Part shown: positions 29,001 to 38,300 of the stretch, in pieces | How positions within the stretch are numbered: position 1 is the stretch's first letter | Layout: the number at the start of each line of letters is the position of its first letter | Assembly (NCBI GenBank): GCA_965369655.1 | Contig: CBDUQR010000008.1 | Coordinates: forward strand, 6,966 to 70,965 | From: an uncultured bacterium | GTDB taxonomy: Bacteria; Zixibacteria; MSB-5A5; JAABVY01; JAHJOQ01 | DNA: 64,000 bases | Reading direction: 5' to 3' | Made by a program: the position numbers and the translations under genes | Notes under the pieces: generated by a model | What the model saw: only the letters and a program-made list of their open reading frames with translations | Told to the model about the DNA's origin: nothing | Database searches by the model: none

Positions 29001-29344
29001 ATCATACTCCGTGACTTTATAGCTCCCAGCTTTCTCCTGAAATAGTACGACGGTATGTCCACCCAGAAACGGCTGTACTCGACTGTGATAACCACTGGGG
29101 CTACCAACTCGCGGTTGATCTTAAGAGCGCCGGAACCAGCGTCGAGAACGTAATCATCGCCACCGGCAATCTCTCCGTCGATCTCTACGCGCAATGTGTT
29201 GCTGATGATATTGTGGTTGCTCAGCCTTATGACGCCGGGAGACTCATCGAAACGAAATTCTTCCCGTATGATCGGGAGTTCACCATATAGAAAATCTGCG
29301 GAGAAAAGCAGGATTAAAACGATAAGAAAGCCTGAACGACGCAT
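26024..29344 (-). CDS. 1106-aa envelope protein of unknown function (giant beta-rich protein; a TamB-like protein or a large barrel are both possible)
   Basis: N-terminal signal/anchor MRRSGFLIVLILLFSADFLYG. Alternating-pattern beta-rich sequence throughout. OMP-like C-terminus SSVTVRARF. It is translationally coupled to both neighbours. Confidence 0.65.
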   Translation of the reverse strand: MRRSGFLIVLILLFSADFLYGELPIIREEFRFDESPGVIRLSNHNIISNTLRVEIDGEIAGGDDYVLDAGSGALKINRELVAPVVITVEYSRFWVDIPSYYFRRKLGAIKSRSMIGNAPSYESTQRLPVTNSGSSSLRIFGSKSFGITAGSGTDLELKQTLNVQIEGYLTENLRVSGVLSDQAAPEVGGISTSIGEIDKVALKLSSDRFSASVGDVDFDRRMGAHGRLKKALKGASAQVSAGKVGADATLGGIKSKHATKKIFGRDGVSGPYRLLPDVGQSSVSILPSTDRVWLDGRPLARGADADYEIDYLLGEITFSPAITVTSRTRIEADFEYLDEDYRQDFFAGGAAYGDSASQLFARIDFLRQADSEDDPAQFDLSPDDINVLSAAGDHAMKALKSGVVKADSGQGDYSLEVTGSDTIYTFAGTGNGDYRVSFSYMGPGNGDYRYLGGGVYEYVAQGGGEYLPVVRIPLPESASALSLSTSVSDDHIRLRFDGTATKHDRNLLSELDDDDNDGMDISGGFNLTPFGRNAKQVYLNIGFNARLQDEKFFFPGRSDRVERNRYWGILTDSVSGEVLQLSLTETFRISKITELQADCGFYNLMHSPSAFRYSYDLTLSPTPELSGRVTRTDRNSERSWPYGNSRLYEDMISLNWMKSGIKTSFEWNDETDLRAYDSFTRGRRFDRYSGACGFRGFETRLSYENREALTGVFEREFDAREIEARYQGGGGFKSSDVRLSVRHRRVHYFIPTKFEQSQLTTSLDYSAGSSSSLVEMSVNYRLSREGVDRTAETFLRVGEGQGEYRLEDDIYVPDPFGDYIRVVEFSGAENVGVRMQRGATLFARFNKWKSCPASLAFLKRLTLEARARSNEQGGESEQFSIVWLVPHVSLFSGTRSWLDRSLRLSARAKASDQLSFLFTIDEIQLERPQQRPASSDYKLSILNRAEAKLTPRDLLTLEYRYRGMSQSNQSLGDARFDEHQAKCVLRHNLTVTTELVLKPRYLLDISRDGNLEVTLLEAGAEIWRRFPSRGRVGARFAYQNVSVSVGNAFVPFQYADGKRVGENYQWGLSAELRFSKSMSARLSYDGEKIPSVDTRHVSSVTVRARF

Positions 29345-30315
29345 CACTCAGGGATTGCCGGGCGAAACACCGCCACCTTGTCGGCCCCCTGATCCGACAC
29401 ATATATCCAGCCATTGTCACCGACGCAGACAGAATGAGCGCGCATAAACTGATACAGCCCCCGTCCGGTCGATCCAAACGAGTATATCGCCTTGCCGTCT
29501 GAGGAGAAAACCGATATGCTGTTTCTCTTTTGGTCGACTGCGTAAATTCTGTCGGAGCGGTCAATCCAGATTCCGATCAGGTCTGACAATTCGCCATCGA
29601 GAAGCGACCTGACATAACCATCATAGCTGTCGAACACAATTAAGTTTCCCTCCTCCCGATTGACCACGTACAGATTGTCCCTGCTGTCGAATGCCATCGT
29701 TCCCGGATCGAGGAATCCTCCAAGCTCGGTCAACTCTGACAGCAGGTTGAACCCGGAGTCGAATCTGATCACTCGACTGTTCTCAGGATCCGAGACATAG
29801 ATGTCACCGAAAGAGTTGACCGCAATGCTGCCGCCTCTTCCTATCGGGTATTCGAGCGACAAATCTCCCAGGTCTGTGCTTGAAAGCCAATTCAGGTCGT
29901 AGTCAAGGCGGACGATCCTGTCGTTTGAGCTGTCGAAAAGATAGAAATTAACTCTGTCCGAAGTTCCGAGCGATGTTGGCGAATTGAACTTGTCTCTCGT
30001 GAAACCGAATCCGCCTGTCTCCGTGAGGAATGTCCCGTCAGGTTTGACCTTGACGAGCCTGTTGTTACCCGTATCACATATTATCAGGTTCCCCGAAGGA
30101 TCGAGCGATAGGGCACCGGGGCGAGACAATGCGCGAGTACCGAGCTTGCCTTGGATGTCGTTGACATGCACATATCCTGTGATCACACTGGATTGAGATT
30201 CGCGCATATCCCCCAATCGCTTTGCTCCACACGACAGCGCGCAGGATACAATACAGATCGAAATCACTATCGTAAACGATCGCTGCAACATCTTTGATGC
30301 AAGTCTACGGATCAT
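29344..30315 (-). CDS. NHL-repeat beta-propeller lipoprotein
   Basis: Lipobox-like ISICIVSCALSCG. Six NHL-type blades (NNRLVKVKPDGTF, SNDRIVRLDYD, ENSRVIRFDSGFN, GNLIVFDSYDGY, RNSISVFSSDGK, GADKVAVFRP). Confidence 0.8.
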   Translation of the reverse strand: MIRRLASKMLQRSFTIVISICIVSCALSCGAKRLGDMRESQSSVITGYVHVNDIQGKLGTRALSRPGALSLDPSGNLIICDTGNNRLVKVKPDGTFLTETGGFGFTRDKFNSPTSLGTSDRVNFYLFDSSNDRIVRLDYDLNWLSSTDLGDLSLEYPIGRGGSIAVNSFGDIYVSDPENSRVIRFDSGFNLLSELTELGGFLDPGTMAFDSRDNLYVVNREEGNLIVFDSYDGYVRSLLDGELSDLIGIWIDRSDRIYAVDQKRNSISVFSSDGKAIYSFGSTGRGLYQFMRAHSVCVGDNGWIYVSDQGADKVAVFRPAIPE

Positions 30316-30374
30316 AGAACTAATATGAGAGCGATCCCGATCGTGTGCAATAAGAATATCAGAGAAGACCGGCC

Positions 30375-31166
30375 TCAGAAACTGCGGTTGAATGAAAGTC
30401 GAATCTCCGGAGAATCACCGAGGCTATACGGCCCGACCTCGAACTTGAAATTGGAGAACTCGTCGAGGAGTTGGCGATTGTGTCCTTTCGCGCTCCGCCA
30501 TGCGAAGAAAGCGGATACCGCCCTGTTTATGGCTGCCGCCGCGAGCGCGAACCTGGCGACGCGATAGTATGACTTCGAATCATTCTTCAACTCGCGGTAC
30601 GCTTGTTTATCCGTATCGCTTTGCCATTGCCAGTCCCACGCAGCCGTTTCCGGATAAAATGGATTGCTTGGTGTATAGACTCGCGAGAACCTGTTGTATT
30701 CATCTCTACTGTCGTGAAATCCGACCATATCCCAGAATGCGTCATCTTTCCCGGTCGGGTCGACACTTGCGTTTACCACGGCGTATTCGATGTAGTCGTC
30801 CTTTTTCCACTTTCCGAGATGTCTGTGGAGAATGAACGTTGACCAGATACCGACCTCAGCAGTCAGAAAACTCGCAGCCCTTGTCCGTGAATCGCCAACA
30901 TATATCTCACCGAGACCGGGGAGCAGCAGCGAGTAGAGCATTGCTCTGGATCTTGACTTGTAGCCCTCAGGTCTCTGCGCGACCGGGGAAAGACCGGGCG
31001 AGACTCCCCATTCGTCTCCGCCTGCCTGAGCAAGATTGAACGGCGTCTGCGCCGAGAAGAAATATGTATTCGAGACAGCATCAACAGTGTCGGCATAGCT
31101 TGCAGGCAAATCAACCAGGAGCAGGGCCATGAACGTTAGAAAGGTTGCGAAAACTGATCTTGACAT
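30375..31166 (-). CDS. Secreted/membrane protein with SLLLPGLGEIYVG motif (DUF5683-like), paralogue A
   Basis: Signal peptide, PGLGE.YVG motif followed by a hydrophobic helix, ...AINRAVSAFFAWRSAK, and an aromatic C-terminus (FNRSF). Confidence 0.5.
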   Translation of the reverse strand: MSRSVFATFLTFMALLLVDLPASYADTVDAVSNTYFFSAQTPFNLAQAGGDEWGVSPGLSPVAQRPEGYKSRSRAMLYSLLLPGLGEIYVGDSRTRAASFLTAEVGIWSTFILHRHLGKWKKDDYIEYAVVNASVDPTGKDDAFWDMVGFHDSRDEYNRFSRVYTPSNPFYPETAAWDWQWQSDTDKQAYRELKNDSKSYYRVARFALAAAAINRAVSAFFAWRSAKGHNRQLLDEFSNFKFEVGPYSLGDSPEIRLSFNRSF

Positions 31167-31183
31167 GCCATTCCTCTCGCGCT

Positions 31184-32017
31184 CTAATAGAACTTGTAAG
31201 TGAACGTCACCTGCGGAATCCGCTCGCCGTCTCGTTCTGCAAGCCTTGCCTTGACATTGACCTGAGAAAACGTGCTCTTCCTGCTATTAAATCTCTTGGC
31301 CGACAGGGCAGCGTCGAGTGCGGACAGCACATGATTCGCGACGGAGAGCATCGCCCATGTTCTGGCTGTTTCGAACTTGTTGTTGGAATCGCCGCGCATG
31401 CCCAGATACTGCTGTCTTCGGGATGAACTCTCACTGGATCTGTCGACGTCGTCCCAGCCGAACACAAACTGATCCCACTTGCCAATCATCTCGTAGTACT
31501 GCTGTGTCTTTTCGCTCGGCAGATTGTGCGTGAAACCTGTATCGAGAGGAGTATTTTCCGTCTCGACCAGCCAGATCGTATACCTGTCTTTGGACCAGTA
31601 CTGATCAGCAAACTCCTCGAATTCTGTTTCCTTATCCTGCCCGGTCGAATGATTCAAATAGTATTGAGACCAGCTCAGAATATCTATCGTGAAGAATAGG
31701 CCCGCCTTCCACTTTGAGCCGACATAGTACTCGCCGAGTCCCGGTACGAGGAACGAATAGATGAACGCCTTGCTCACGGAACGGTGTTCATATTCGTATA
31801 TGTCGCTGTCAAAGAACGGAAAATCATTATAGTCGCTCGCGTCAGCCAGAGTCATCGGATCGACATCATTCAGCGTACTCAGCTTCTGCAGATACGCCCC
31901 CTGATCGGCCTGCAGCAACTCTCCGATACCGTAGTCGCGTCCATCGGACTGAGATGAGCCGAAAACCGCTGCTGTCAAAAGCGTCAGAGTAATCAATATT
32001 GTCGGGATGATACGCAT
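31184..32017 (-). CDS. Secreted/membrane protein with SFLVPGLGEYYVG motif (DUF5683-like), paralogue B
   Basis: Same architecture as 30375-31166 (VANHVLSALDAALSAK; C-terminal TYKFY). AGGAGG Shine-Dalgarno upstream of ATG 32017. Confidence 0.5.
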   Translation of the reverse strand: MRIIPTILITLTLLTAAVFGSSQSDGRDYGIGELLQADQGAYLQKLSTLNDVDPMTLADASDYNDFPFFDSDIYEYEHRSVSKAFIYSFLVPGLGEYYVGSKWKAGLFFTIDILSWSQYYLNHSTGQDKETEFEEFADQYWSKDRYTIWLVETENTPLDTGFTHNLPSEKTQQYYEMIGKWDQFVFGWDDVDRSSESSSRRQQYLGMRGDSNNKFETARTWAMLSVANHVLSALDAALSAKRFNSRKSTFSQVNVKARLAERDGERIPQVTFTYKFY

Positions 32018-32039
32018 CTATTGCTCCTCCTGTCGACGG

Positions 32040-35000
32040 TCATCTCACGACCGCGATCTTGTGTGATTTCACATCTTTCCGTCCGTTCGAATTCGCCTCA
32101 AGACGACAAATATATACGCCGGACGGATAGCCATCGAGCTTCCACTCATGGTCTTCCTGTATGTTCTCGCTTGTCTCGGTGGCTTCATATACGAGCCGAC
32201 CGGACAGATCGAATATCTGAATGTTGATTGTCCCGGGACTCCGCAATTTGTACCTGATATTAGTCGCCTCGTCAGCAGGGTTGGGCCAGTTGTAGAGCGT
32301 GACGATAAGGTCGTCACCGGATGGCGACGTTGGTGCCAAATCGGATGATCCTCGGAAATTGTGATTCGTCGCTGACCTGCCTGATATTCGCCAGGACTGT
32401 TCGTCATCGAGTGGTCGGCTCTTCGTGCGAAGACCGTACAGCCTGTTGTCGGCGCAAATCGTCAGCAGCATTCCCTCAAAATTGTTAGATATGCTTCCCG
32501 GCATGACCGCCGACCCTGTATTGCGCCCGGAACCCGCAAATCGCGGGAAGCCGTTGACCATAACGCCGTTCGCTCCAAAGGCAAACAGTTCGCCATAAGG
32601 AGTGCCGATGAGAATATCGGGCACATCGTCGCCATCGAGATCAGCAACGATAGGTGCAGCATCGAGCAACCCTGTTGAGACATGAATATCGATATCAACC
32701 GGGAAATTCTCGAACGGCGATCCGTTGTGATTGTAAACATAAAGCTTGTTGTCACCCGCGAATATGATCTGATACACCGCTGCCGTCGGATCGAGCGCCG
32801 CAGTCACGACATTACCGATCAGGCTGTCGCAGACTTTGATCTCGTTGACCGAGTAATCGTCTGAATCTGAAGACTGGCTCAGCAGGATGACAAGATATCC
32901 GTCGGACGTGAGAACAGCGAAGTCCGTCCCGTTCATACCGTCGAGATCGGCGGCGGTGAAGCTGATTAGGTCCGCAGAACCGAAATCATGAATTGCCGAA
33001 TCGGGATAGAGAACGAGAGCCGAACCGCCGTCCGGTCCAACGCCGATATAGTAAGACCGCTGTGATGCGCTATCGATGGCGAACTGCAAGGCATAAGCTT
33101 CTGTCACAACCGGCGGCATACCATACGAGAAATCGACGAGGTGTATGGTACTGTCGGCGAATCCTGCAAGCACCCCGTACGATCCGAGCGGCGCCTGACT
33201 GACATCCACAGGACCAGACACGACCGCAGCAGTACCTTCGTACTTCTCCACCAGATCCGCTCGACCGTCTTTGTCGTCATCAGTCAACTGCCAGACATAG
33301 ATATTTCCTGAACTGGTCCCAACAGCTATTTCAGAGATTTCATCGCCATTGTAGTCGAACACCAACGGTGGTGTTGTAATTACCTCATTGTCGCCGACCG
33401 AAGCAATCGATCTGAGTGTATCGATGATAAAACCGCCGCCCTGAAGCGTGTCGCCGTAGAATACGAATATCGTATCAAGTATTTCTTCACCTGGTAATGG
33501 CTCGATAATTGGTGATCCATCTGGTTCCATCGCAATCAGATGTTTCCTCCCTGACACAAAGATTTCCTCCACCCCATCGAAATCATAATCAACGAGAACC
33601 GGCGCAAAGCGAGAGCCATCGACGAACTTCGGGAAACCATCCAGTTTGGATCGAAGTCTGACATCGAACGTCATGATGATGTCGTTCCTCGATACATTGT
33701 ATATCTCTATTCCGGTATGAGCGCCGGTATTTGACCGGGTCGATGGATTCGTAGTCGGTCCGAAAGTCGTATTGTTTCCCTCTACGAAAAATTCATCCGG
33801 ACTGCCGAAACCGGTTCGGTAGTTCCCACCAAAATCGACAATGCCGTCGGCTTCGACAAGCGAAACGAATCTCGTATTCTCCCACCAGACAGAATCAATG
33901 CAAAGCCCCAGATCATTCGGCACCTTGCATGGATAGAAATTGTACCATTGCAATTTATTGTCGGAAAAGTTATTAAAACCGTTCAGATCGTAATCGAGGT
34001 ACGCCCTTGTTTCGTCAATGTGATAGATCAGTATGCCTGCACCGGGCACGAAGTAATCATAGTCGCGGGTCAGACGTATCTCATAATCATTGTTAGGTCT
34101 GGGTCCCAAAATCACGCCGGTCAGGCTGTCGACTCGCAATCCTGAGCCGCCATCCCGATCCGAGTCAGGCTGCCGATTCTCGATCAGATAATACTCCATG
34201 TCGCTTATCGGGACCTTGATGACCTGAGGCTCATCGGTCAGGAGTTCAGCCGCCGCGACCGACTGATTATTGACGTCGGAAACCTCCACAACCTCGACGA
34301 AACCGAGATATGCCCTCGACCATGCGTCAGGATACACAGGCAGCGGGTCGAGCACGAAACGGGTTCTGTCGGCCTCCGGGAAATAAATCTCCGCCGTTGT
34401 GCCGCGCCCCTGATTGTCCATCAGCGAAAAGTCTCCGATCTGAGTCATGAACGTCCGTGTGTCGTATAAATCGACAAGTCCGAGTTGATGGCCGAATTCA
34501 TGTGCCAACACGCCGTTCAGAGCTATGACGCGATTGTCCTGAGATACGGCTTCAGGCGTCAGGACAGCTTCCCATATCGTGTCAGCGCCGCCATCGACAA
34601 TAGCCCGGTGCTCGGAATCGACACGGATGAATCCGGTGTAAAAATCGTGCGGCGTGTTAGTCGCCGAAAACGTCAGATTCATCTGCTGATCGGCTCCGGC
34701 ATGGAATAACACGAAAGCATCGAATTCGCTGAAATCAATATCATCATCCAGATCAGCCTTCAGCAGGGCGTCCTGGAAAAAATCTGCAAGCCCGTCAAAT
34801 GGGCTCTGCGAACCATAGTAAGACATCGGCTTTTCGAGCGTATATACAGAATCATCTCCCAATGGAAAGACGGTGCTGACGAGTTCGACGCGGCCCTTCG
34901 ACACGACATGCCAGTACTGGTTCAACGCTCTCAGGTGCGTTTCGAAGTACCGCTTATTGTGCGGAGCCATGTCGATTTCATGTTCCTCATCGGCGATAAA

Positions 35001-35345
35001 CTGCGACTGGCTTCGCATGTCAAAATGCCCATCACCGGTGGTGTTGGCGTCATCAGGATCCTCGCGCTCGAATTGCACTCGAATCGCGCAGACGTTGATC
35101 GTAATCGTCTCATCCAATGCGAGAGCTGCGTCAGGCATGGAAAACGGAGCCTTGCGATTCAGACCGATGAGGTTTTTCTGTGAGATCGAACTCTGGAAGT
35201 TCTGTCGCGCTTCACTCTGAATGCGTTCATCAGCATCGACCCGCTGCTTGCTTATGATGGTGAGAACATCTGACCCGGCAAGAGTCACGGCCTGCAACAG
35301 CGCGATCAGAAACAGCAGAGAAGCTGCGCCGAAAATCCTTTTCAT
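32040..35345 (-). CDS. M6-like (immune inhibitor A type) zinc metalloprotease with FG-GAP repeats and a T9SS C-terminal sorting domain
   Basis: HEXXH motif in VLAHEFGHQLGLVDLYD. FG-GAP-type loops (DYDFDGVEEIFVSG, ADLDGDDVPDILIGT). C-terminal NWPNPADEATNIRYKL...IQIFDLSGRLVY...GVYICRL matches Por_Secre_tail. Signal peptide starts at ATG 35345; the ORF track begins at GTG 35372. Confidence 0.85.
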   Translation of the reverse strand: MKRIFGAASLLFLIALLQAVTLAGSDVLTIISKQRVDADERIQSEARQNFQSSISQKNLIGLNRKAPFSMPDAALALDETITINVCAIRVQFEREDPDDANTTGDGHFDMRSQSQFIADEEHEIDMAPHNKRYFETHLRALNQYWHVVSKGRVELVSTVFPLGDDSVYTLEKPMSYYGSQSPFDGLADFFQDALLKADLDDDIDFSEFDAFVLFHAGADQQMNLTFSATNTPHDFYTGFIRVDSEHRAIVDGGADTIWEAVLTPEAVSQDNRVIALNGVLAHEFGHQLGLVDLYDTRTFMTQIGDFSLMDNQGRGTTAEIYFPEADRTRFVLDPLPVYPDAWSRAYLGFVEVVEVSDVNNQSVAAAELLTDEPQVIKVPISDMEYYLIENRQPDSDRDGGSGLRVDSLTGVILGPRPNNDYEIRLTRDYDYFVPGAGILIYHIDETRAYLDYDLNGFNNFSDNKLQWYNFYPCKVPNDLGLCIDSVWWENTRFVSLVEADGIVDFGGNYRTGFGSPDEFFVEGNNTTFGPTTNPSTRSNTGAHTGIEIYNVSRNDIIMTFDVRLRSKLDGFPKFVDGSRFAPVLVDYDFDGVEEIFVSGRKHLIAMEPDGSPIIEPLPGEEILDTIFVFYGDTLQGGGFIIDTLRSIASVGDNEVITTPPLVFDYNGDEISEIAVGTSSGNIYVWQLTDDDKDGRADLVEKYEGTAAVVSGPVDVSQAPLGSYGVLAGFADSTIHLVDFSYGMPPVVTEAYALQFAIDSASQRSYYIGVGPDGGSALVLYPDSAIHDFGSADLISFTAADLDGMNGTDFAVLTSDGYLVILLSQSSDSDDYSVNEIKVCDSLIGNVVTAALDPTAAVYQIIFAGDNKLYVYNHNGSPFENFPVDIDIHVSTGLLDAAPIVADLDGDDVPDILIGTPYGELFAFGANGVMVNGFPRFAGSGRNTGSAVMPGSISNNFEGMLLTICADNRLYGLRTKSRPLDDEQSWRISGRSATNHNFRGSSDLAPTSPSGDDLIVTLYNWPNPADEATNIRYKLRSPGTINIQIFDLSGRLVYEATETSENIQEDHEWKLDGYPSGVYICRLEANSNGRKDVKSHKIAVVR

Positions 35346-35371
35346 CGTTGATCCCTTTGTCTCATCCGCCA

Positions 35372-38300
35372 CTACAGCCTGCCTGTCAGTGAAATCCTGA
35401 GTGTATTCGCCAGCGCAACATTTTTGGATGTCGGAATGTATGCGAAGTCAAATCTGATCCTGTTATACTGCAATCCGGCGCCAACCGTGAAATAGTTAAT
35501 CGAACCGGCGTCATCGTTCCTGTAGCCTGCCCTGAGCGCTATGAACGATCCATACCAGTACTCGAAGCCAGCACTCCAGATTGCTTCCCTGAGCTCTTCG
35601 GAGAAGCCATCGTCGAGGTCCGTGATCCTCTTGTTGATCTCGCCAACGAGAGTGAACTTGTTGTACGGATTCCGCAGCAGGTCGTAAGCAAGTCCAACGG
35701 CTACATTTCTGGGCAACGGATCGGACTGCGCGGCATCGATGTAGGCGATGTTCGGACCTAAATTGGTAATCGCCGCTCCGAATGTCAGCTTGTCAATGGG
35801 CGTATCATAAAGAATGCCCGCATCGACGGCGAATGCCGTCGCGGTACCCGACCCAACCTCTGCACCCGACCCTTGTGGGGAGAGTCGCGAATAGATGATC
35901 TTCGCAGTGAGTCCGAACGACAGACCGGGAGAAACCCGAGTTCCATATGTCATACTCATCGCACCATCAAAGGCATGAAAAGTATCAACTACAGTCGAGC
36001 TGCCCTCGAGAGTCCGGGGGATCGAACCGTACGACATGAATGTCACGTTGAATCCGAGCGTTCCCCACTCATCTCCGAGGTGATGAGCGTATGATATATT
36101 TTCATAGTAGAGGTCGTCGGCAAGTTCCGGTGCGTACTTGGCGTGCATCAAAGATAATTCGCTTTTTGCATGCGCGTACACAACCACCTTTCGCGGAGTG
36201 GCGAACCATCTCTCGCCGTCCTGGAGAATGATCCTGACAGTCCTCTCGGTCTGGAGATTACTGTGAAAATAGCTGCCGAATCGCTCTCCGTCATACGCTA
36301 TCGTTCCGAATACTGTCCCAACAAAGACTCGTCCGTCTGAGGCCGCCAGACTGTAAATATGGCTTCCAAGATGATTCGCATAAATGTGAAACGTCTGGCC
36401 CTGTTTGACAGCATCTCCATCGATATGATTGTAGGTTTTGATCAGATGCGCCACACGCTCGGCATTTGCAGGTGACAGAGTCGGCTCGTGATCGAGCGCC
36501 GCCTCAGTTAAGCTCATATCTCTCGGCGCAGAATACGGCCTCCATCCAAACACTCTGAACTCCCCGTTCGCGAGTATCTTCAGGCCATGCGTGGTTCCGA
36601 CCCACAACTTATTGTCGGGACTATTGTACGCCATCGTCGTAATAGGATGTCTGAAGGCCACCGAGAATGGAATCATGATCTCCGTACCGGCATCAGGGAA
36701 ATCCGTCTGCAGGTCGTTCTTCGATTTCAGTTGCTCTGCAATGTCTCTGATATAGCTCTCGTCCACGACACCAGAGAACTGTCTCACGATTCGCGTCAGC
36801 GTGTCGTTGACAACCGCAGTATATCGATAGTCGCTGCGCCATGTATCGCCGTTGAAAAACCATAGCTCGCTCCCTGCGGCCGCCCATGCCTTGTCTCGCG
36901 AATATCCATAGACTGTTGTGAATTCTTTGTCTACGAGTCCTGTCTCGGCAGCATAGAATGACCAACCGCCTTTGTAGTAGTGAGCGACGCCTCTGCCTGT
37001 AGCAACCCACATTCTATTCCCGTCATAGACGGAAAGATTGTTGATCTTATTTGATGGAAGCCCGTCCTCGACAGTGTACTTCTGCCATGCTCTGCCGTTG
37101 AACAAAAAGAGGCCGTCCTCAGTGCCGACCCAGAGAAGCTTCTCTGTCGCAGCGATACATGTAGGATCTTTGTCGAACGGAAGAGAATACGGCACGTACA
37201 GAGCTTCGGGCAAATGGCCTGCGTTCACCGAGTGAATCGAAAACTCAAGTCGGGTTAACTCTTCCCCGGTCAGGCTGTCATCCGCAGTTGCCGTCTCGTA
37301 TGCCGACATGAATGCAGAAAACCTCTCCGGAGAAAGCGTCATGTTGTCATACCACTCCGAAAGATTGTTCAAGTCAAAACTGAACATCGCTGTCGGCTCT
37401 TCGCCGTCATTGAAGCCGGCTTTCAGGTTGGCGACTACATCATCAATATCATTGCCGGTGACGCCGTAATTGACGAACGACACCTTCTGCTTGAGCAGAC
37501 TGAGTCTCTCCTCATCCGTCTCTGAAGTAAACGAGGAAATCAGATCGTCAAAAAGCTCTCCCCTTCTGGGAATCAGTCGCAAACTGGACTCCCATGATTG
37601 TGATTCACCGTCCCATCTGGCCAGCCCGGTTGAAGTAATCGCCCAGACGTCATACTTCGTGTAGTTCTCCTGAGGAATATCATTCTGAAAGATCGCGATA
37701 TCCACGATCCTGGTCTCCCAGGGAAGCGAGTAGTCTTTCCAGATCGCCACAAGCACGACATACGGTACCCTGACCATCCGAGGCCTGCTCTTCTTCGAGG
37801 CACTCTTAAGTGTCTCCAGGACATCCGCATATTCCCGGTCTGTCAGCGACTCATCCTGCAAGACATGGTTGAGTCGTTCTTCGAGAAATGTAATAGATTC
37901 TGAGACGATCTTCAGGTTGTGCCAGTCGATCAAGATTTTCTCGAAAAGCCTGTTGACCTCAGGTCCCTGGGAATCGTTCAGATATACCAGCAGATGTTGC
38001 CGCTCGGCTTCGATCTGATCGTACGACACTCCTGTATTTTCCCGGGCGATCGATCTCACCGAGACCTTGAGCAGTTCGCGGTCATCCATCCTTGCGTTGG
38101 ATGCGATATACTGCACGACAGGCATACTCGGGTCGACTTCATACTCGATATAACGCTCTTCGCCCGACTCAGTAACTCGAGTCATGCCATCCGTGTCCAG
38201 CTTAAACTCACCTATCGTCTCAGCGTAAGCATCAGGTACTCGTCCCAGGAGTATGTCGATAGCCTTGGACCGCATCCCTTCATCTTTTCTCATGCTGAAT

